DNA of 64,000 nt from a virus. The translations under genes and the position numbers were made by a program. The DNA lies in IMG/VR virus record IMGVR_UViG_3300046786_000331, positions 64,001-128,000 of that record. One strand, 5' to 3'. The notes below the pieces were generated by a model. It did no database searches. It was given only the letters and a program-made list of their open reading frames with translations, and was not told where the DNA came from. Shown one piece after another: positions 15,578-25,172 of this stretch (position 1 is the stretch's first letter; each line of letters opens with the position of its first letter).

Positions 15578-15877
15578 ATGAGTTACTATAACGACATTCC
15601 AGAACACACAAAAGAAGCATTGATGAACTATTTCAATCACTGCTGGGAACCTGGCAGCTTTTTGATGTCGGTATTAACTAACGATCTATATGGTGCTGCT
15701 AGTAGAGCAGATCATATTAATCGTCAAGAGCTTGCTAAAATTGCTATGTGGGTGATTAATGAAGCACCCTACGGTAGTTATGGTGATCACGAAACAGTTA
15801 AGGATTGGCTTAACAAAGGTTACTTTCAACAATTGTATGAAAAGAAACTTGTAATGAAAATTCTTAGCACAGAATAA
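15578..15877 (+). CDS. Hypothetical protein
   Basis: PGSFLMSVLTNDL...RAD motif. Confidence 0.75.
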   Translation: MSYYNDIPEHTKEALMNYFNHCWEPGSFLMSVLTNDLYGAASRADHINRQELAKIAMWVINEAPYGSYGDHETVKDWLNKGYFQQLYEKKLVMKILSTE

Positions 15878-15889
15878 CAGGGAGTTATT

Positions 15890-16234
15890 ATGGGCGAAAC
15901 AGATGAGTACAGTGATATGAAACGATATGTAACATTCGACATAGAATCCTGCGATATAAAAGAAATAGACATGACTGCGTGGGAAGAGGATACATCGTAC
16001 AGTAAAAAAGAAAAACCTTTTTCATACGAATCTATGCTTACCGGGGTAATGGATCATCTGGAAGCTACAGGTGGAGTAGAATTTGCAATACTAAAAGATC
16101 CTGAACTGGGTCGGTGGTGGAGCAAGAAAGTAAAAAAGCGTGAAGAAAATCGCAAGCTAAAAGAAGCTAAAGAGAAACTTTATGCTACAATGACAGCTGA
16201 AGAATTAAAAATTCTCGGAATTAGAAAACAATGA
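15890..16234 (+). CDS. Hypothetical protein
   Basis: GGGAG SD. Confidence 0.7.
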   Translation: MGETDEYSDMKRYVTFDIESCDIKEIDMTAWEEDTSYSKKEKPFSYESMLTGVMDHLEATGGVEFAILKDPELGRWWSKKVKKREENRKLKEAKEKLYATMTAEELKILGIRKQ

Positions 16235-16701
16235 CAACACCAAAATTGTATATGTTGATAGGCGTACCAGGTAGCGGTAAAAGCACATGGATCGCCGATC
16301 AAGAATGGGCTACTGATATTCCTGTTGTTAGTAGCGATAAGTTCATCGACGAATATGCTGCCAAAGAAGGTAAGACTTATAACGAAGTCTTTGAGGAATA
16401 TGCACCTATTGCAGTACGTCTGATGGAAAATCAGGTATTGATTTGTAAGGCAAATAATTCAGATATTATTTGGGATCAAACTAACACTAGTGTAAAGACT
16501 CGAAAGAAGAAATTAGCTATGTTAGAAGGCTATGAAAAAATTGCTGTTGTGTTCCGCACTCCTAACAAGGTAGAACACGATCGCAGGCTAGCTAATCGCC
16601 CAGGTAAGGCTATACCTGCAAATGTTATGACAGTAATGATTAACAGCCTTGCAGAGCCAACTGAAGAAGAAGGCTTTAAAGAAATCTGGTACGCATCTTG
16701 A
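16231..16701 (+). CDS. P-loop kinase (Pnk/AAA_33-like)
   Basis: IGVPGSGKST, SSD, DQTN...R. Confidence 0.85.
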   Translation: MTTPKLYMLIGVPGSGKSTWIADQEWATDIPVVSSDKFIDEYAAKEGKTYNEVFEEYAPIAVRLMENQVLICKANNSDIIWDQTNTSVKTRKKKLAMLEGYEKIAVVFRTPNKVEHDRRLANRPGKAIPANVMTVMINSLAEPTEEEGFKEIWYAS

Positions 16702-16726
16702 CATAGATACAATTTGGTGTTATACT
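16698..16726 (+). promoter_or_regulatory. Sigma70-type promoter
   Basis: TTGACA-17 bp-TATACT. Confidence 0.75.
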
Positions 16727-16736
16727 AGGAATTAAC

Positions 16737-17282
16737 ATGAAAACATATATAACATCAGATTTACACTTTGGGCATAAGAACATTATGAAGTTCTGCCCAG
16801 TTACACGAGCACGGTTTCGTGATGACGTTGCCTACATGAACAGTATGATGATTAAGGAATGGAACGATTTAATCGAACCAGACGACTTAGTCTATATCTT
16901 AGGTGACGTTGCGTTTATGTCAGGCAGTGATGCCGGACGTATTATGCACGGATTGAACGGTACAAAGATCTTAATCGAGGGTAACCACGATCGTAAGACT
17001 TTAATGGATGCTACCTTCCGTAGTGCGTTTAAGGAAGTTCACTCTTACTTAAACATTACCTACGACGGACACAAGATTGCTATGTTCCACTATCCTATTG
17101 CAGAATGGGATCAGATGCACAGAGGTGCTTTACACTTCTACGGTCACTTACACGGTGGCGACAGTGGATTAGAAAAGTATCGATGCCGAGACGTAGGCAT
17201 GGATGCTACAGGAATGATTGCTGTTACATTAGACTGGGCAATCGCTAACGTTAAGAACAATGAAATTAAAGGACATCACTAA
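16737..17282 (+). CDS. Calcineurin-like metallophosphoesterase
   Basis: SDLHFGH, LGD, GNHD, HYP, GHLH. Confidence 0.9.
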   Translation: MKTYITSDLHFGHKNIMKFCPVTRARFRDDVAYMNSMMIKEWNDLIEPDDLVYILGDVAFMSGSDAGRIMHGLNGTKILIEGNHDRKTLMDATFRSAFKEVHSYLNITYDGHKIAMFHYPIAEWDQMHRGALHFYGHLHGGDSGLEKYRCRDVGMDATGMIAVTLDWAIANVKNNEIKGHH

Positions 17283-17791
17283 TGGATATCGTTGAAAAAG
17301 CTCGTATCTTTGCAACTGCCGCTCATGCTGCAATTGATCATCGTCGTAAGTATACCAATGAACCCTACATTGTTCATCCTCGACAAGTTGCACAATTTGT
17401 AGAGACTGCTGGTGGTACACCTGAGATGATTGCTGCTGCCTGGATGCACGATGTATTGGAAGATACGGCTGTGACTCCAGAAGCCATGAGAGAAGAGTTT
17501 GGCGATTCTGTTACAGATTTAGTCTTATGGGTTACAGATGTAAGCAAGAAGGAAGATGGCAATCGTGCTACACGAAAAGCCATCGACCGTCAACACATTG
17601 CATCTGCTCCTGGAGAAGCTCATACTATTAAGTTGGCTGATATTATCAGTAACTGTTCTAGCATTATGATGCACGATGAAGACTTTGCTAAGGTTTACTT
17701 TGAAGAAAAGCGTTTGCTTCTAGAAGTATTAATAAAAGGCAATGAAGGATTGTACAACTACGCCACAAGGTTGGTGCTAAATGAAGACTGA
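17282..17791 (+). CDS. HD-domain hydrolase, SpoT/Mesh1-like (small alarmone hydrolase candidate)
   Basis: AH...RKYTNEPYIVHP...HDVLEDT...IKLADIISN. Confidence 0.85.
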   Translation: MDIVEKARIFATAAHAAIDHRRKYTNEPYIVHPRQVAQFVETAGGTPEMIAAAWMHDVLEDTAVTPEAMREEFGDSVTDLVLWVTDVSKKEDGNRATRKAIDRQHIASAPGEAHTIKLADIISNCSSIMMHDEDFAKVYFEEKRLLLEVLIKGNEGLYNYATRLVLNED

Positions 17792-18047
17792 TCCTTGCTT
17801 CAAAGGATGGAACGACCCGGAGTTAAACACTGCGGGTCGTTGCTGTTGTAACTGTAGATATCAAAAACCTATAGTTGGACATCCTTGGAATACTCACGAG
17901 TTGACAAAAGGCAGTATTACTCGTACAATAGGTTACGGTTGTAATGCGCCGGAACTAGGATCAATTGTATTTTTTGAATTTGAGCATAGCATGTGCGAAA
18001 TGCACGAATTTAAAAACAATGTCTATCAACTAGAAAGCGTCAAGTAA
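17781..18047 (+). CDS. Cys-rich hypothetical protein
   Basis: CCCNC...C...HSMCE. Confidence 0.7.
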   Translation: MKTDPCFKGWNDPELNTAGRCCCNCRYQKPIVGHPWNTHELTKGSITRTIGYGCNAPELGSIVFFEFEHSMCEMHEFKNNVYQLESVK

Positions 18048-18253
18048 TGTTTAGTTTCTTTAAATGCAATCACCCTGCTGACTATCTTGTAGTCGAAAAG
18101 GATCAAACTGTTGTCAATCATGACGAAGACTTTGATTATATTGACTATCATTTTATTTGTATGAAGTGCGATAAGCCTGTTACAATAGGCTATGCTAAAA
18201 TGGTTGGCGGAGTAGAAGCATATATTGAAAGAGGCCGAAAGAAATATGTTTAA
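18047..18253 (+). CDS. Small Zn-ribbon-like hypothetical protein
   Basis: CNH...CMKC. Confidence 0.65.
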   Translation: MFSFFKCNHPADYLVVEKDQTVVNHDEDFDYIDYHFICMKCDKPVTIGYAKMVGGVEAYIERGRKKYV

Positions 18254-19151
18254 AGACAAGTTAAAAGAGTATGTAGAAACCAGTAACTTAGTTAACATGA
18301 AAGAGTGTGGCGATGGTATCTACGTGCTAAAGTACAAGAAAAAAGTCTTCTACGATAATCTGTGGAATGAGTATATTGCTGAATGTCGTGGAAGCATTGT
18401 GGACAAGGATTTCAATTTAGTTGCTTATCCATTTACAAAGATCTACAACTATGGTATTGAAAAAGAAGCACCAGTACTTGCTCTAGATACCAAGGTAACT
18501 GCCCACCGCAAAGTAAACGGCTTTATGGTTGCTATGACTTGGTATAACCACGACATCCTTGTATCTACTACAGGATCTACAGATAGTCCATATGTTGATA
18601 TGGCCAAGGAAATGATGTTGACTCACAGTTCTTTAGCTGATTGGCATATAGCATTTTGTGACGATGAACTAGAAGGCATGACTGTGATGTTCGAGTGTGT
18701 TCATCCAGATGATCCACACATCGTTCCAGAGAAGCCTGGGTTGTATGTACTAGGTTATCGTGAAAATGAATTTGGTAGCAAGGTAGGTCACGACCCATTT
18801 GTGTTGCAAGATCTTGGACGTATGTTCAACTGCTTTGTGCCAGAAAGCATAACTACTAACATGGCTCAATTGCAGGTGTTGGCAAAGGAATGCAAGCACG
18901 AAGGTTATGTATTCTACACAGACGATGGCGTAAGTGCTAAGATCAAGTCACCATACTACTTGACATCGAAGTGGGTTGCTCGCAATCCACGTACAGACAA
19001 GTTAGTAGACTTGAATAAAGACATCAAGCAGAATCTAGATGAGGAATATTATCCTCTCGTAGACGCTATCCGTGCTAACATTGTTGAGTATACTGCCATG
19101 GACGAGCAAGCTCGACTAGAATGGGTCCGCAACTATCTGGAGGTTGCCTAA
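18246..19151 (+). CDS. ATP-dependent RNA ligase (T4 Rnl1-like)
   Basis: ECRG, PFTKIYN, KVNG (motif I), FEC, EGYV, KIKSPYY. Confidence 0.85.
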   Translation: MFKDKLKEYVETSNLVNMKECGDGIYVLKYKKKVFYDNLWNEYIAECRGSIVDKDFNLVAYPFTKIYNYGIEKEAPVLALDTKVTAHRKVNGFMVAMTWYNHDILVSTTGSTDSPYVDMAKEMMLTHSSLADWHIAFCDDELEGMTVMFECVHPDDPHIVPEKPGLYVLGYRENEFGSKVGHDPFVLQDLGRMFNCFVPESITTNMAQLQVLAKECKHEGYVFYTDDGVSAKIKSPYYLTSKWVARNPRTDKLVDLNKDIKQNLDEEYYPLVDAIRANIVEYTAMDEQARLEWVRNYLEVA

Positions 19152-19374
19152 GGATGAAATGTTTGACTATCCAACAGCATACGAAACCGTTGCTAGAAAA
19201 ATAGAAAAAGGTCCTTGGGAACCTTGGTTCGCTTGGTATCCGATTAAGATCCGTGGCGGCAAAGTTTGGTTGCGTAAAGTTTACCGACGTTGTATCAATA
19301 CCTATGTTGATCACGACGACTGGAAGCATTACGAATACGGTACAATATTTGATATTATTAAGGACGACGAATGA
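19144..19374 (+). CDS. Hypothetical protein
   Basis: WFAWYP...VWL motif; start uncertain. Confidence 0.65.
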   Translation: MPKDEMFDYPTAYETVARKIEKGPWEPWFAWYPIKIRGGKVWLRKVYRRCINTYVDHDDWKHYEYGTIFDIIKDDE

Positions 19375-19523
19375 ATTGGACCGCTGGTATATTAGCAATA
19401 ATCTTGCTTTGGATTCCTTGTATCGCTATACTATTATGGATGCATCGATCAAATAAAAAGATCGATCAAGAATACAAAGAGAAATTAGCAGACATTGAAA
19501 AGAGATTCGGAGTTAAGCTGTGA
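19371..19523 (+). CDS. 50-aa membrane protein (below ORF-track cutoff)
   Basis: MNWTAGILAIILLWIPCIAILLW...; ATGA overlap. Confidence 0.6.
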   Translation: MNWTAGILAIILLWIPCIAILLWMHRSNKKIDQEYKEKLADIEKRFGVKL

Positions 19524-19636
19524 GTTATATTTCAAACAAAGCTGGAACAATTCAGTTTCCCTACGAACCTGGACTGTTAGAATGGTTGGTTGAACATTAT
19601 CCGTTTAGTAAGTATTACCTAGTAGAGGCGGAATAA
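19520..19636 (+). CDS. 38-aa hypothetical protein
   Basis: GTGA overlap; MSYISNKAGTIQFPYEPGLLEWL... Confidence 0.55.
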   Translation: MSYISNKAGTIQFPYEPGLLEWLVEHYPFSKYYLVEAE

Positions 19637-19639
19637 AAT

Positions 19640-19870
19640 ATGAAAGACATGAAAGGCTATGCTTTTAATGTAGGATGTACCGTTGCTCGAGCAGTTATGT
19701 ACGGAAAGAGTCCTATGATCGACCTATGTACAGTGACTAGAATCGAAAATGGAAAACTATATCTTGACGAAAGTAAGCAGGCCATGCGATTTCCTGAGAG
19801 ATTACTAATTGTCGAACAAGACAAATTATATCGAATGTTAAAAAATCACGAAGAATTAACCGATGACTAG
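19640..19870 (+). CDS. Hypothetical protein
   Basis: Packed ORF. Confidence 0.7.
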   Translation: MKDMKGYAFNVGCTVARAVMYGKSPMIDLCTVTRIENGKLYLDESKQAMRFPERLLIVEQDKLYRMLKNHEELTDD

Positions 19871-20057
19871 AATACAAGAACTATTAGATAAAGAAGCCGA
19901 GCTATCTAATCGAGGACAGAATAACGACTTTCGTTGGATTATTCATGCTGAGATTAAACAGCTTCGTGGAACAGATGCTCCTGTATGTTGGGGTGAAGAT
20001 GATTGCTCAACAAATATATTGATGAGATGTCCTTGGAGGATTGATTGTGGTAATTAA
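19863..20057 (+). CDS. Hypothetical protein
   Basis: Packed ORF. Confidence 0.65.
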   Translation: MTRIQELLDKEAELSNRGQNNDFRWIIHAEIKQLRGTDAPVCWGEDDCSTNILMRCPWRIDCGN

Positions 20058-20238
20058 TGAACAAGATATCATTTATCGTTTAAGAAAACGTGCTGAGATT
20101 CGCAGACAGATTCCCGGACGTAAGTCTGTAGTAGAGGGAACTCCAGATCGTATTGCTGACTTGTTAGAAGAAGCAGCAGACGAAATGGAACGATTGCGAC
20201 AAATTATCGAGGATCACGATATTAGACTCGATTGTTAA
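20041..20238 (+). CDS. Hypothetical protein
   Basis: RLRKRAEIRRQI...DRIADLLEEAADE; start uncertain. Confidence 0.7.
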   Translation: MIVVINEQDIIYRLRKRAEIRRQIPGRKSVVEGTPDRIADLLEEAADEMERLRQIIEDHDIRLDC

Positions 20239-20265
20239 AATAGGACCTTCGGGTCCTATTTTTTT
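20237..20265. terminator. Bidirectional intrinsic terminator
   Basis: AAAATAGGACC-TTCG-GGTCCTATTTT between convergent genes. Confidence 0.9.
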
Positions 20266-20267
20266 GA

Positions 20268-20807
20268 CTATACTAATTCCCAAGGATCTCTGACAAATCT
20301 AAGACTAACGGATATCCGCATTTCATTAGTTGGATTCCATACTTGATGAAGTTGTTTAGTATTAATTAGTGTAGCTGTAGTTAGATGAAACTTATCAACT
20401 TCGTCGATAATAGCATCTTCCGAAAATGTTGTGTATGTTAATCCGTTTGGAAGAACCTGTTCTTGCTTAGTTCCTCTTGACAGTTTATAGAACGAAGTCC
20501 AGCAATCAGTGCAATTTCTCATAGGAAAATTCAAAGCAAGGTCATTACGTTGTGTATCAGTGTGCGGATCTACTTTTTTATTCTGGGGCGGTGTTCTGAT
20601 TAATGCACATACTCGAAGATCCAGATTACTGTTAGCTAACCATGCTTTCAATTGAGGACTATTTGCTAACAATCCGTCTTTGTTAATGTGACTAAATTGC
20701 GAACCGTCGTTGGGCATATTGTGTAAACAATAAGATTGAAGTTCTGCGAGTATGGAATCGTATTCGGGAACCTCGATTGTTTTAAAAAAGAAATTATTTT
20801 TATCCAT
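20268..20807 (-). CDS. Cupin/2OG oxygenase-like protein
   Basis: PHTD...ALNFP...LHQV...RISVSLRF. Confidence 0.75.
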   Translation of the reverse strand: MDKNNFFFKTIEVPEYDSILAELQSYCLHNMPNDGSQFSHINKDGLLANSPQLKAWLANSNLDLRVCALIRTPPQNKKVDPHTDTQRNDLALNFPMRNCTDCWTSFYKLSRGTKQEQVLPNGLTYTTFSEDAIIDEVDKFHLTTATLINTKQLHQVWNPTNEMRISVSLRFVRDPWELV

Positions 20808-20869
20808 TAAATTTGCTATAAATATCGAAGTACACGTATTTATTGCGTCATTATAACCTGGTATTGAAA

Positions 20870-21631
20870 ATGAATGTTATTGGATTAGGAAGCAACAAGA
20901 AACCTTTTGTCTATTTAGACGAACATATGCCTAAGCAGATAGATTGGGCAGGATTACATAATGAAGCAGCCTATGGCATTGCTAAATCAGAGTGGAGTAA
21001 AAGATACGTTTCTAGCGGAGTTCATCCTGATTGGGCTCATTTAGAAATTACTCCTGCTATGAGAAGCGCAGAACAAACATTGACATTAGAACAAAAGTTA
21101 ATACTTCGAGATTTACAGACTACTGACGAAAAGCTAAAGTTCATGGCAGCATTAAAATACATTGCTCATCCATTTTGGTTACTGTATCTAAGAAATAATA
21201 GACGTGTAGAATATTCCGGCATTGCAAATAAGGCAGTAGGAAGAGATTGTGCTTGGACAGAGAATGCCAAATACTTTCCTAAGCTAGTTAAGTTTATAGA
21301 ATCAATGCCCTTTACAGAAATAGGTCGTGTTGTATTCTTTATGACAGAACCAAATAATCAATTAGTTCCACATTATGATGCAGCAGACGAAAATCAAAGA
21401 ATGAATAAACCACCAGATGATTTTATTTGGTTCACTACAAAGCCGGGAACTAAGAAAATGTTTGTAATGGACGGCGAGACTCACGAAAAAGCCTACGCCG
21501 AAGATGCCAAGAAGTTTGTATGGTGGAATGAAATGGACTTTCACGGAACTGAGCCCATTGACCATTTTGCTTTTTCTATCAGAGTAGACGGCAAATTTAA
21601 GCCAGAAGTCTACGAAGCAGTTTTAAAATAA
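20870..21631 (+). CDS. 2OG oxygenase-like protein
   Basis: IGRV...PHYD...DFHG...FSIRVDG. Confidence 0.7.
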   Translation: MNVIGLGSNKKPFVYLDEHMPKQIDWAGLHNEAAYGIAKSEWSKRYVSSGVHPDWAHLEITPAMRSAEQTLTLEQKLILRDLQTTDEKLKFMAALKYIAHPFWLLYLRNNRRVEYSGIANKAVGRDCAWTENAKYFPKLVKFIESMPFTEIGRVVFFMTEPNNQLVPHYDAADENQRMNKPPDDFIWFTTKPGTKKMFVMDGETHEKAYAEDAKKFVWWNEMDFHGTEPIDHFAFSIRVDGKFKPEVYEAVLK

Positions 21632-22210
21632 AGCGTAACTAGAATCAGTTGAGTCAATATCAACAATCAAGTGTATTCTTTCTACATTTGAATTGTTTTC
21701 GGCAGCATGTAAATCTCTATTAGCAAGCTGGCACAGCATGCCTTCCGGCATGTGGGTAGGGTTAGATAGTCCAGGACCGAAAAACACCATGTCTTGATGT
21801 GTTATAAACGGTACATGAAACCTATAATGAGCTTGGAAGTACGGACCTGGATCAATATGTTCTCCAATTTTACCCCCTGGTAATAATTTTACAAGCATAA
21901 TTCGTCCTAGTCTAGATCCATTTACTCTATCGTAGATCCAATCGATTAGATCACCAACAGCAGGATACATTGCTCTAGCCCTTGTGTCCATGCAATCAAC
22001 ATAAACAGATAACGCTTCGACAGTATGCGGAGTACCCCAAGGAGCTTTATGCACTCTTAAGTGATTAGTAATGCTGGTTGCAAAGACAGCAGCTTCGCCG
22101 CGTCTATCTGGAATCGGTAAATCATTCCAATCAATATTTAGAACTTCGTTTTTAGCGTTAATAAATAGTTGAGCAGGAACTGTATCTATAATTTTTACAT
22201 GAGGTTTCAT
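21623..22210 (-). CDS. Aspartyl/asparaginyl beta-hydroxylase-like protein
   Basis: LLPGGKIGEHID...RFHVP...HAAEN...RIHLIVD. Confidence 0.85.
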   Translation of the reverse strand: MKPHVKIIDTVPAQLFINAKNEVLNIDWNDLPIPDRRGEAAVFATSITNHLRVHKAPWGTPHTVEALSVYVDCMDTRARAMYPAVGDLIDWIYDRVNGSRLGRIMLVKLLPGGKIGEHIDPGPYFQAHYRFHVPFITHQDMVFFGPGLSNPTHMPEGMLCQLANRDLHAAENNSNVERIHLIVDIDSTDSSYALF

Positions 22211-22247
22211 GCAAATATTTATTAGGATGTAGTGAGGTTGAAAAATA

Positions 22248-22835
22248 ATGTTAGGCAAAACTGAGTATTACAGAAGTGTACCAATGTCTTCCTTTGAAGA
22301 AGGACACAAGTTAGTCTACGAAGCAAACAAACATCGTTTCGATGTAACAAAGCTAGGAGCTACCGGCATTATTCCTTGGACAAAAGAAAACTTTCCAGGA
22401 ATATTTGATGAAGTAAATGCAATAGGTTCTGCCAGAGGTCAACGTGTCGCACGTTGTAGGTTCTTTGTAACTCCTAAAAACTTTAAATTGAATGTTCATA
22501 CCGATGGACATTTGATGGATATTGATGCCTATGCCTTAAACATTCCGATTGTGTTTGCAGAAGACAATCACTTTATGAATTGGTTTACATATGACGGTGA
22601 ACTAAAAACAGAAACCTCCGATACCTATGCTAATTCAATATCCCCAGCTAAGCCAGAAGAGCTTGTTTTAGCTGCAAAATTAACATTAACAACTCCACAC
22701 TATGTAAAGATAGGAATCTTTCATTCTGTGGACAATCCAGTAGACAAAGAAAGAATAATTTTAAGTATTAGATTTACTGATTCGTTCCCTTTAACTAAAT
22801 TAGAATATGAGCAAAATAACAAACGTACACAGTAA
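22248..22835 (+). CDS. Cupin/2OG oxygenase-like protein
   Basis: VHTDG...ALNIP...FHSV...RIILSIRF. Confidence 0.75.
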   Translation: MLGKTEYYRSVPMSSFEEGHKLVYEANKHRFDVTKLGATGIIPWTKENFPGIFDEVNAIGSARGQRVARCRFFVTPKNFKLNVHTDGHLMDIDAYALNIPIVFAEDNHFMNWFTYDGELKTETSDTYANSISPAKPEELVLAAKLTLTTPHYVKIGIFHSVDNPVDKERIILSIRFTDSFPLTKLEYEQNNKRTQ

Positions 22836-23685
22836 TTGGGCAACTCGAATCGAGTTTGATAATCCTAAAGATTTTTTTAATTCTCCTGCAGGCTATTGGA
22901 GAGATATGCTCTATGAAAGAAAGCTACTAATCTTTAAAAAGATGACTTTTTCTAAAGAGGATTATGCAAAGTTTTCGTTAGAATTTGGAAAGCCTTGGGC
23001 TAATCAAGATTATAACTATAGTCAAGAATCAAAAGAAGATGTATTAACCGACAAAGGTGTTATTACATTAAGTCCATTTAGTAATAAAACAAGTCATAGA
23101 ATTAAATTACAGTCTATGCCTTACCATGCTGATATTCCAAATAGAATACACAAGCCATTCCCTCACAGAAGTCTATGGATTACTAAAAATCCTAACCCTC
23201 TTAATTCTGGAATCACCGGTTTCTTAAATATCAGCGAAGAAGCATTTAACTTTTTAACAGACGAGTTGAAAGAACTTCTGCCAAGAGTTACTGTTATTCA
23301 ACAAAGTTGGTACAAAGCAGGAACAGATATTCAAGAATATTCTCTAGTAAAGGTACATCCTATTACAGGAGAAAAATCATTACGCCTTAATTATTACAAC
23401 AAAGGTGAAAATAAAGGTGCATGGATCTGTGGAGTAAAGATTGACGGTGTTCTACAACCTGATTGTTTGCTTATAGAAAAATACATGTGGCATTTATTAA
23501 AGTTTCAAGAACTGCAATACAAGCACACCTGGGACGATTTTGATATTCTAATATACGACAACTATCCGTTCATACATAACAGAAGCGAACTGATTTTAGA
23601 AGGTGGTGATGAAAGACACTTTTATAGAATCAACATCGACCACACAACTAAAGAAGAGTTTTTAGATATTTCCGCCAATCGCTAA
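22807..23685 (+). CDS. TauD/TfdA-family dioxygenase
   Basis: YHAD, HPITGEKSL, HTW...ILIYDN...HNR...R. Confidence 0.85.
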   Translation: MSKITNVHSNWATRIEFDNPKDFFNSPAGYWRDMLYERKLLIFKKMTFSKEDYAKFSLEFGKPWANQDYNYSQESKEDVLTDKGVITLSPFSNKTSHRIKLQSMPYHADIPNRIHKPFPHRSLWITKNPNPLNSGITGFLNISEEAFNFLTDELKELLPRVTVIQQSWYKAGTDIQEYSLVKVHPITGEKSLRLNYYNKGENKGAWICGVKIDGVLQPDCLLIEKYMWHLLKFQELQYKHTWDDFDILIYDNYPFIHNRSELILEGGDERHFYRINIDHTTKEEFLDISANR

Positions 23686-24255
23686 CGGATTTCGATACTG
23701 TTGTTTTAAGAAAGTACATCTAACAATAGTATCGTGAGGCAATAAAATTCTGTTAAAAAGAATTTGCCAATGATGTGTATATAGACATTTAGTTTTTGCA
23801 GGAACTAAACACTCGTCAAAATAATCATAGCGTTCGTTTGCCCAGTCGCTAAAGTTAAATCTTCTTAAAAGTTTAGCGTGTTTAGCGTTCCATAGTGTGT
23901 AGAATTTAAACCTACCTGCTTCTTCATTGAACTTAATCATGTGATCCAATAAAGCTCTAGCAATCTCTCTATTTTGCTTTGATCTAATCTGCGTACCATA
24001 CCAAGCAGGTTCGTCTGTACTTTGATAGCAAGAAATTGCTCCAATGATATTGTCGTCTTCATCAAATGCTCCAAACGCATGATAGCTTTTTAAGTCAGAT
24101 AGATATGTAGTACAAAATCCTTTGTGATAAATGCGGGCCATATTTGCTTTGGCAAAGAAGTCCACATCGTCTACGTTTGCTCCCATGTACTTTTGTACAT
24201 CGAATAATGGCTTTAATGCTTCTTCGTGTCCGCTGTTTAGTTTCTTAATAATCAT
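23662..24255 (-). CDS. Hypothetical protein, possible GNAT fold
   Basis: AFGAFD..NIIGAI...IARALLDHMI pattern. Confidence 0.6.
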   Translation of the reverse strand: MIIKKLNSGHEEALKPLFDVQKYMGANVDDVDFFAKANMARIYHKGFCTTYLSDLKSYHAFGAFDEDDNIIGAISCYQSTDEPAWYGTQIRSKQNREIARALLDHMIKFNEEAGRFKFYTLWNAKHAKLLRRFNFSDWANERYDYFDECLVPAKTKCLYTHHWQILFNRILLPHDTIVRCTFLKQQYRNPLAIGGNI

Positions 24256-25172
24256 AAGTTTGCTCTAAGTTGTCTTAATGTTTCTTCTAACGGAATTCCG
24301 TCTATATTAGATTCTAATCGTTTGATTTGATTCATACCGATTTCTTTGTAAGCACTATGATTAAATGCTAACAAACTTTCAAACCCGTGTGTCTTACGCT
24401 TAGGTGTTATATAAGGACACAGGCTTTTTAAAATTCTATTTTTACTTGAAACAGATGTTAATTTATAATTAAATCTATCAGTTACAAGTGATTCAATACT
24501 TGGATTCTCTAAGTAGTACAACAATAGTTCCGGAGTATAACTGAACCATTCGTTTACTAGTGGAACATTAAACTTATTTGTAAAACGCATTGCACTAGCA
24601 TCTTCATTTTCACGGAAAGTATAGTACCAAAAGCTGCCATCTCGATTAACACTTCTTGTTAGTAACGCTTCTCCGCCCATTACCGCAGGGGCACCTATCT
24701 TAAGAATGTTATAGTAGACCATAATATAGGTAATTTGTGTACATTGAAGTTGTTCACCGAAGTCAGTTGCAGCACCTGATTCGAAGAAATCGATAACATC
24801 AAAGTCAATGATTTCTAAATCTAAACCCTTTTCTTCTGCAATTCTTTCTGCTTCCATAACATCGGCAGCATTGTAACCATCTTCAAATTTAATAGTTACG
24901 CATTTAGGTTTAACACCAATTGAAAGAAAGTTGTTTACAACAATTTCACTATCTGTACCGCCACTTAGAAATACAACCAAGTCCTTGCCAAACTCTTGAT
25001 AAACACTATCTGCTGTACGTCTTAATTCGTTTTCGTAATTGCTTGTTCGATATTGATCGGGATCAACAGCTCCCACTGATACTTTAAATTTTTCAAAAGA
25101 CTCTTCACGGTATCCCCATTCTCTTCCACCGATAGAATATTTTAAATGATTATTGAGCGTGAAGTTTGTCAT
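24252..25172 (-). CDS. PP-loop (adenine nucleotide alpha-hydrolase/Asn-synthetase-like) protein
   Basis: VFLSGGTDSE, MGGE, KTHGFE. Confidence 0.75.
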   Translation of the reverse strand: MTNFTLNNHLKYSIGGREWGYREESFEKFKVSVGAVDPDQYRTSNYENELRRTADSVYQEFGKDLVVFLSGGTDSEIVVNNFLSIGVKPKCVTIKFEDGYNAADVMEAERIAEEKGLDLEIIDFDVIDFFESGAATDFGEQLQCTQITYIMVYYNILKIGAPAVMGGEALLTRSVNRDGSFWYYTFRENEDASAMRFTNKFNVPLVNEWFSYTPELLLYYLENPSIESLVTDRFNYKLTSVSSKNRILKSLCPYITPKRKTHGFESLLAFNHSAYKEIGMNQIKRLESNIDGIPLEETLRQLRANL

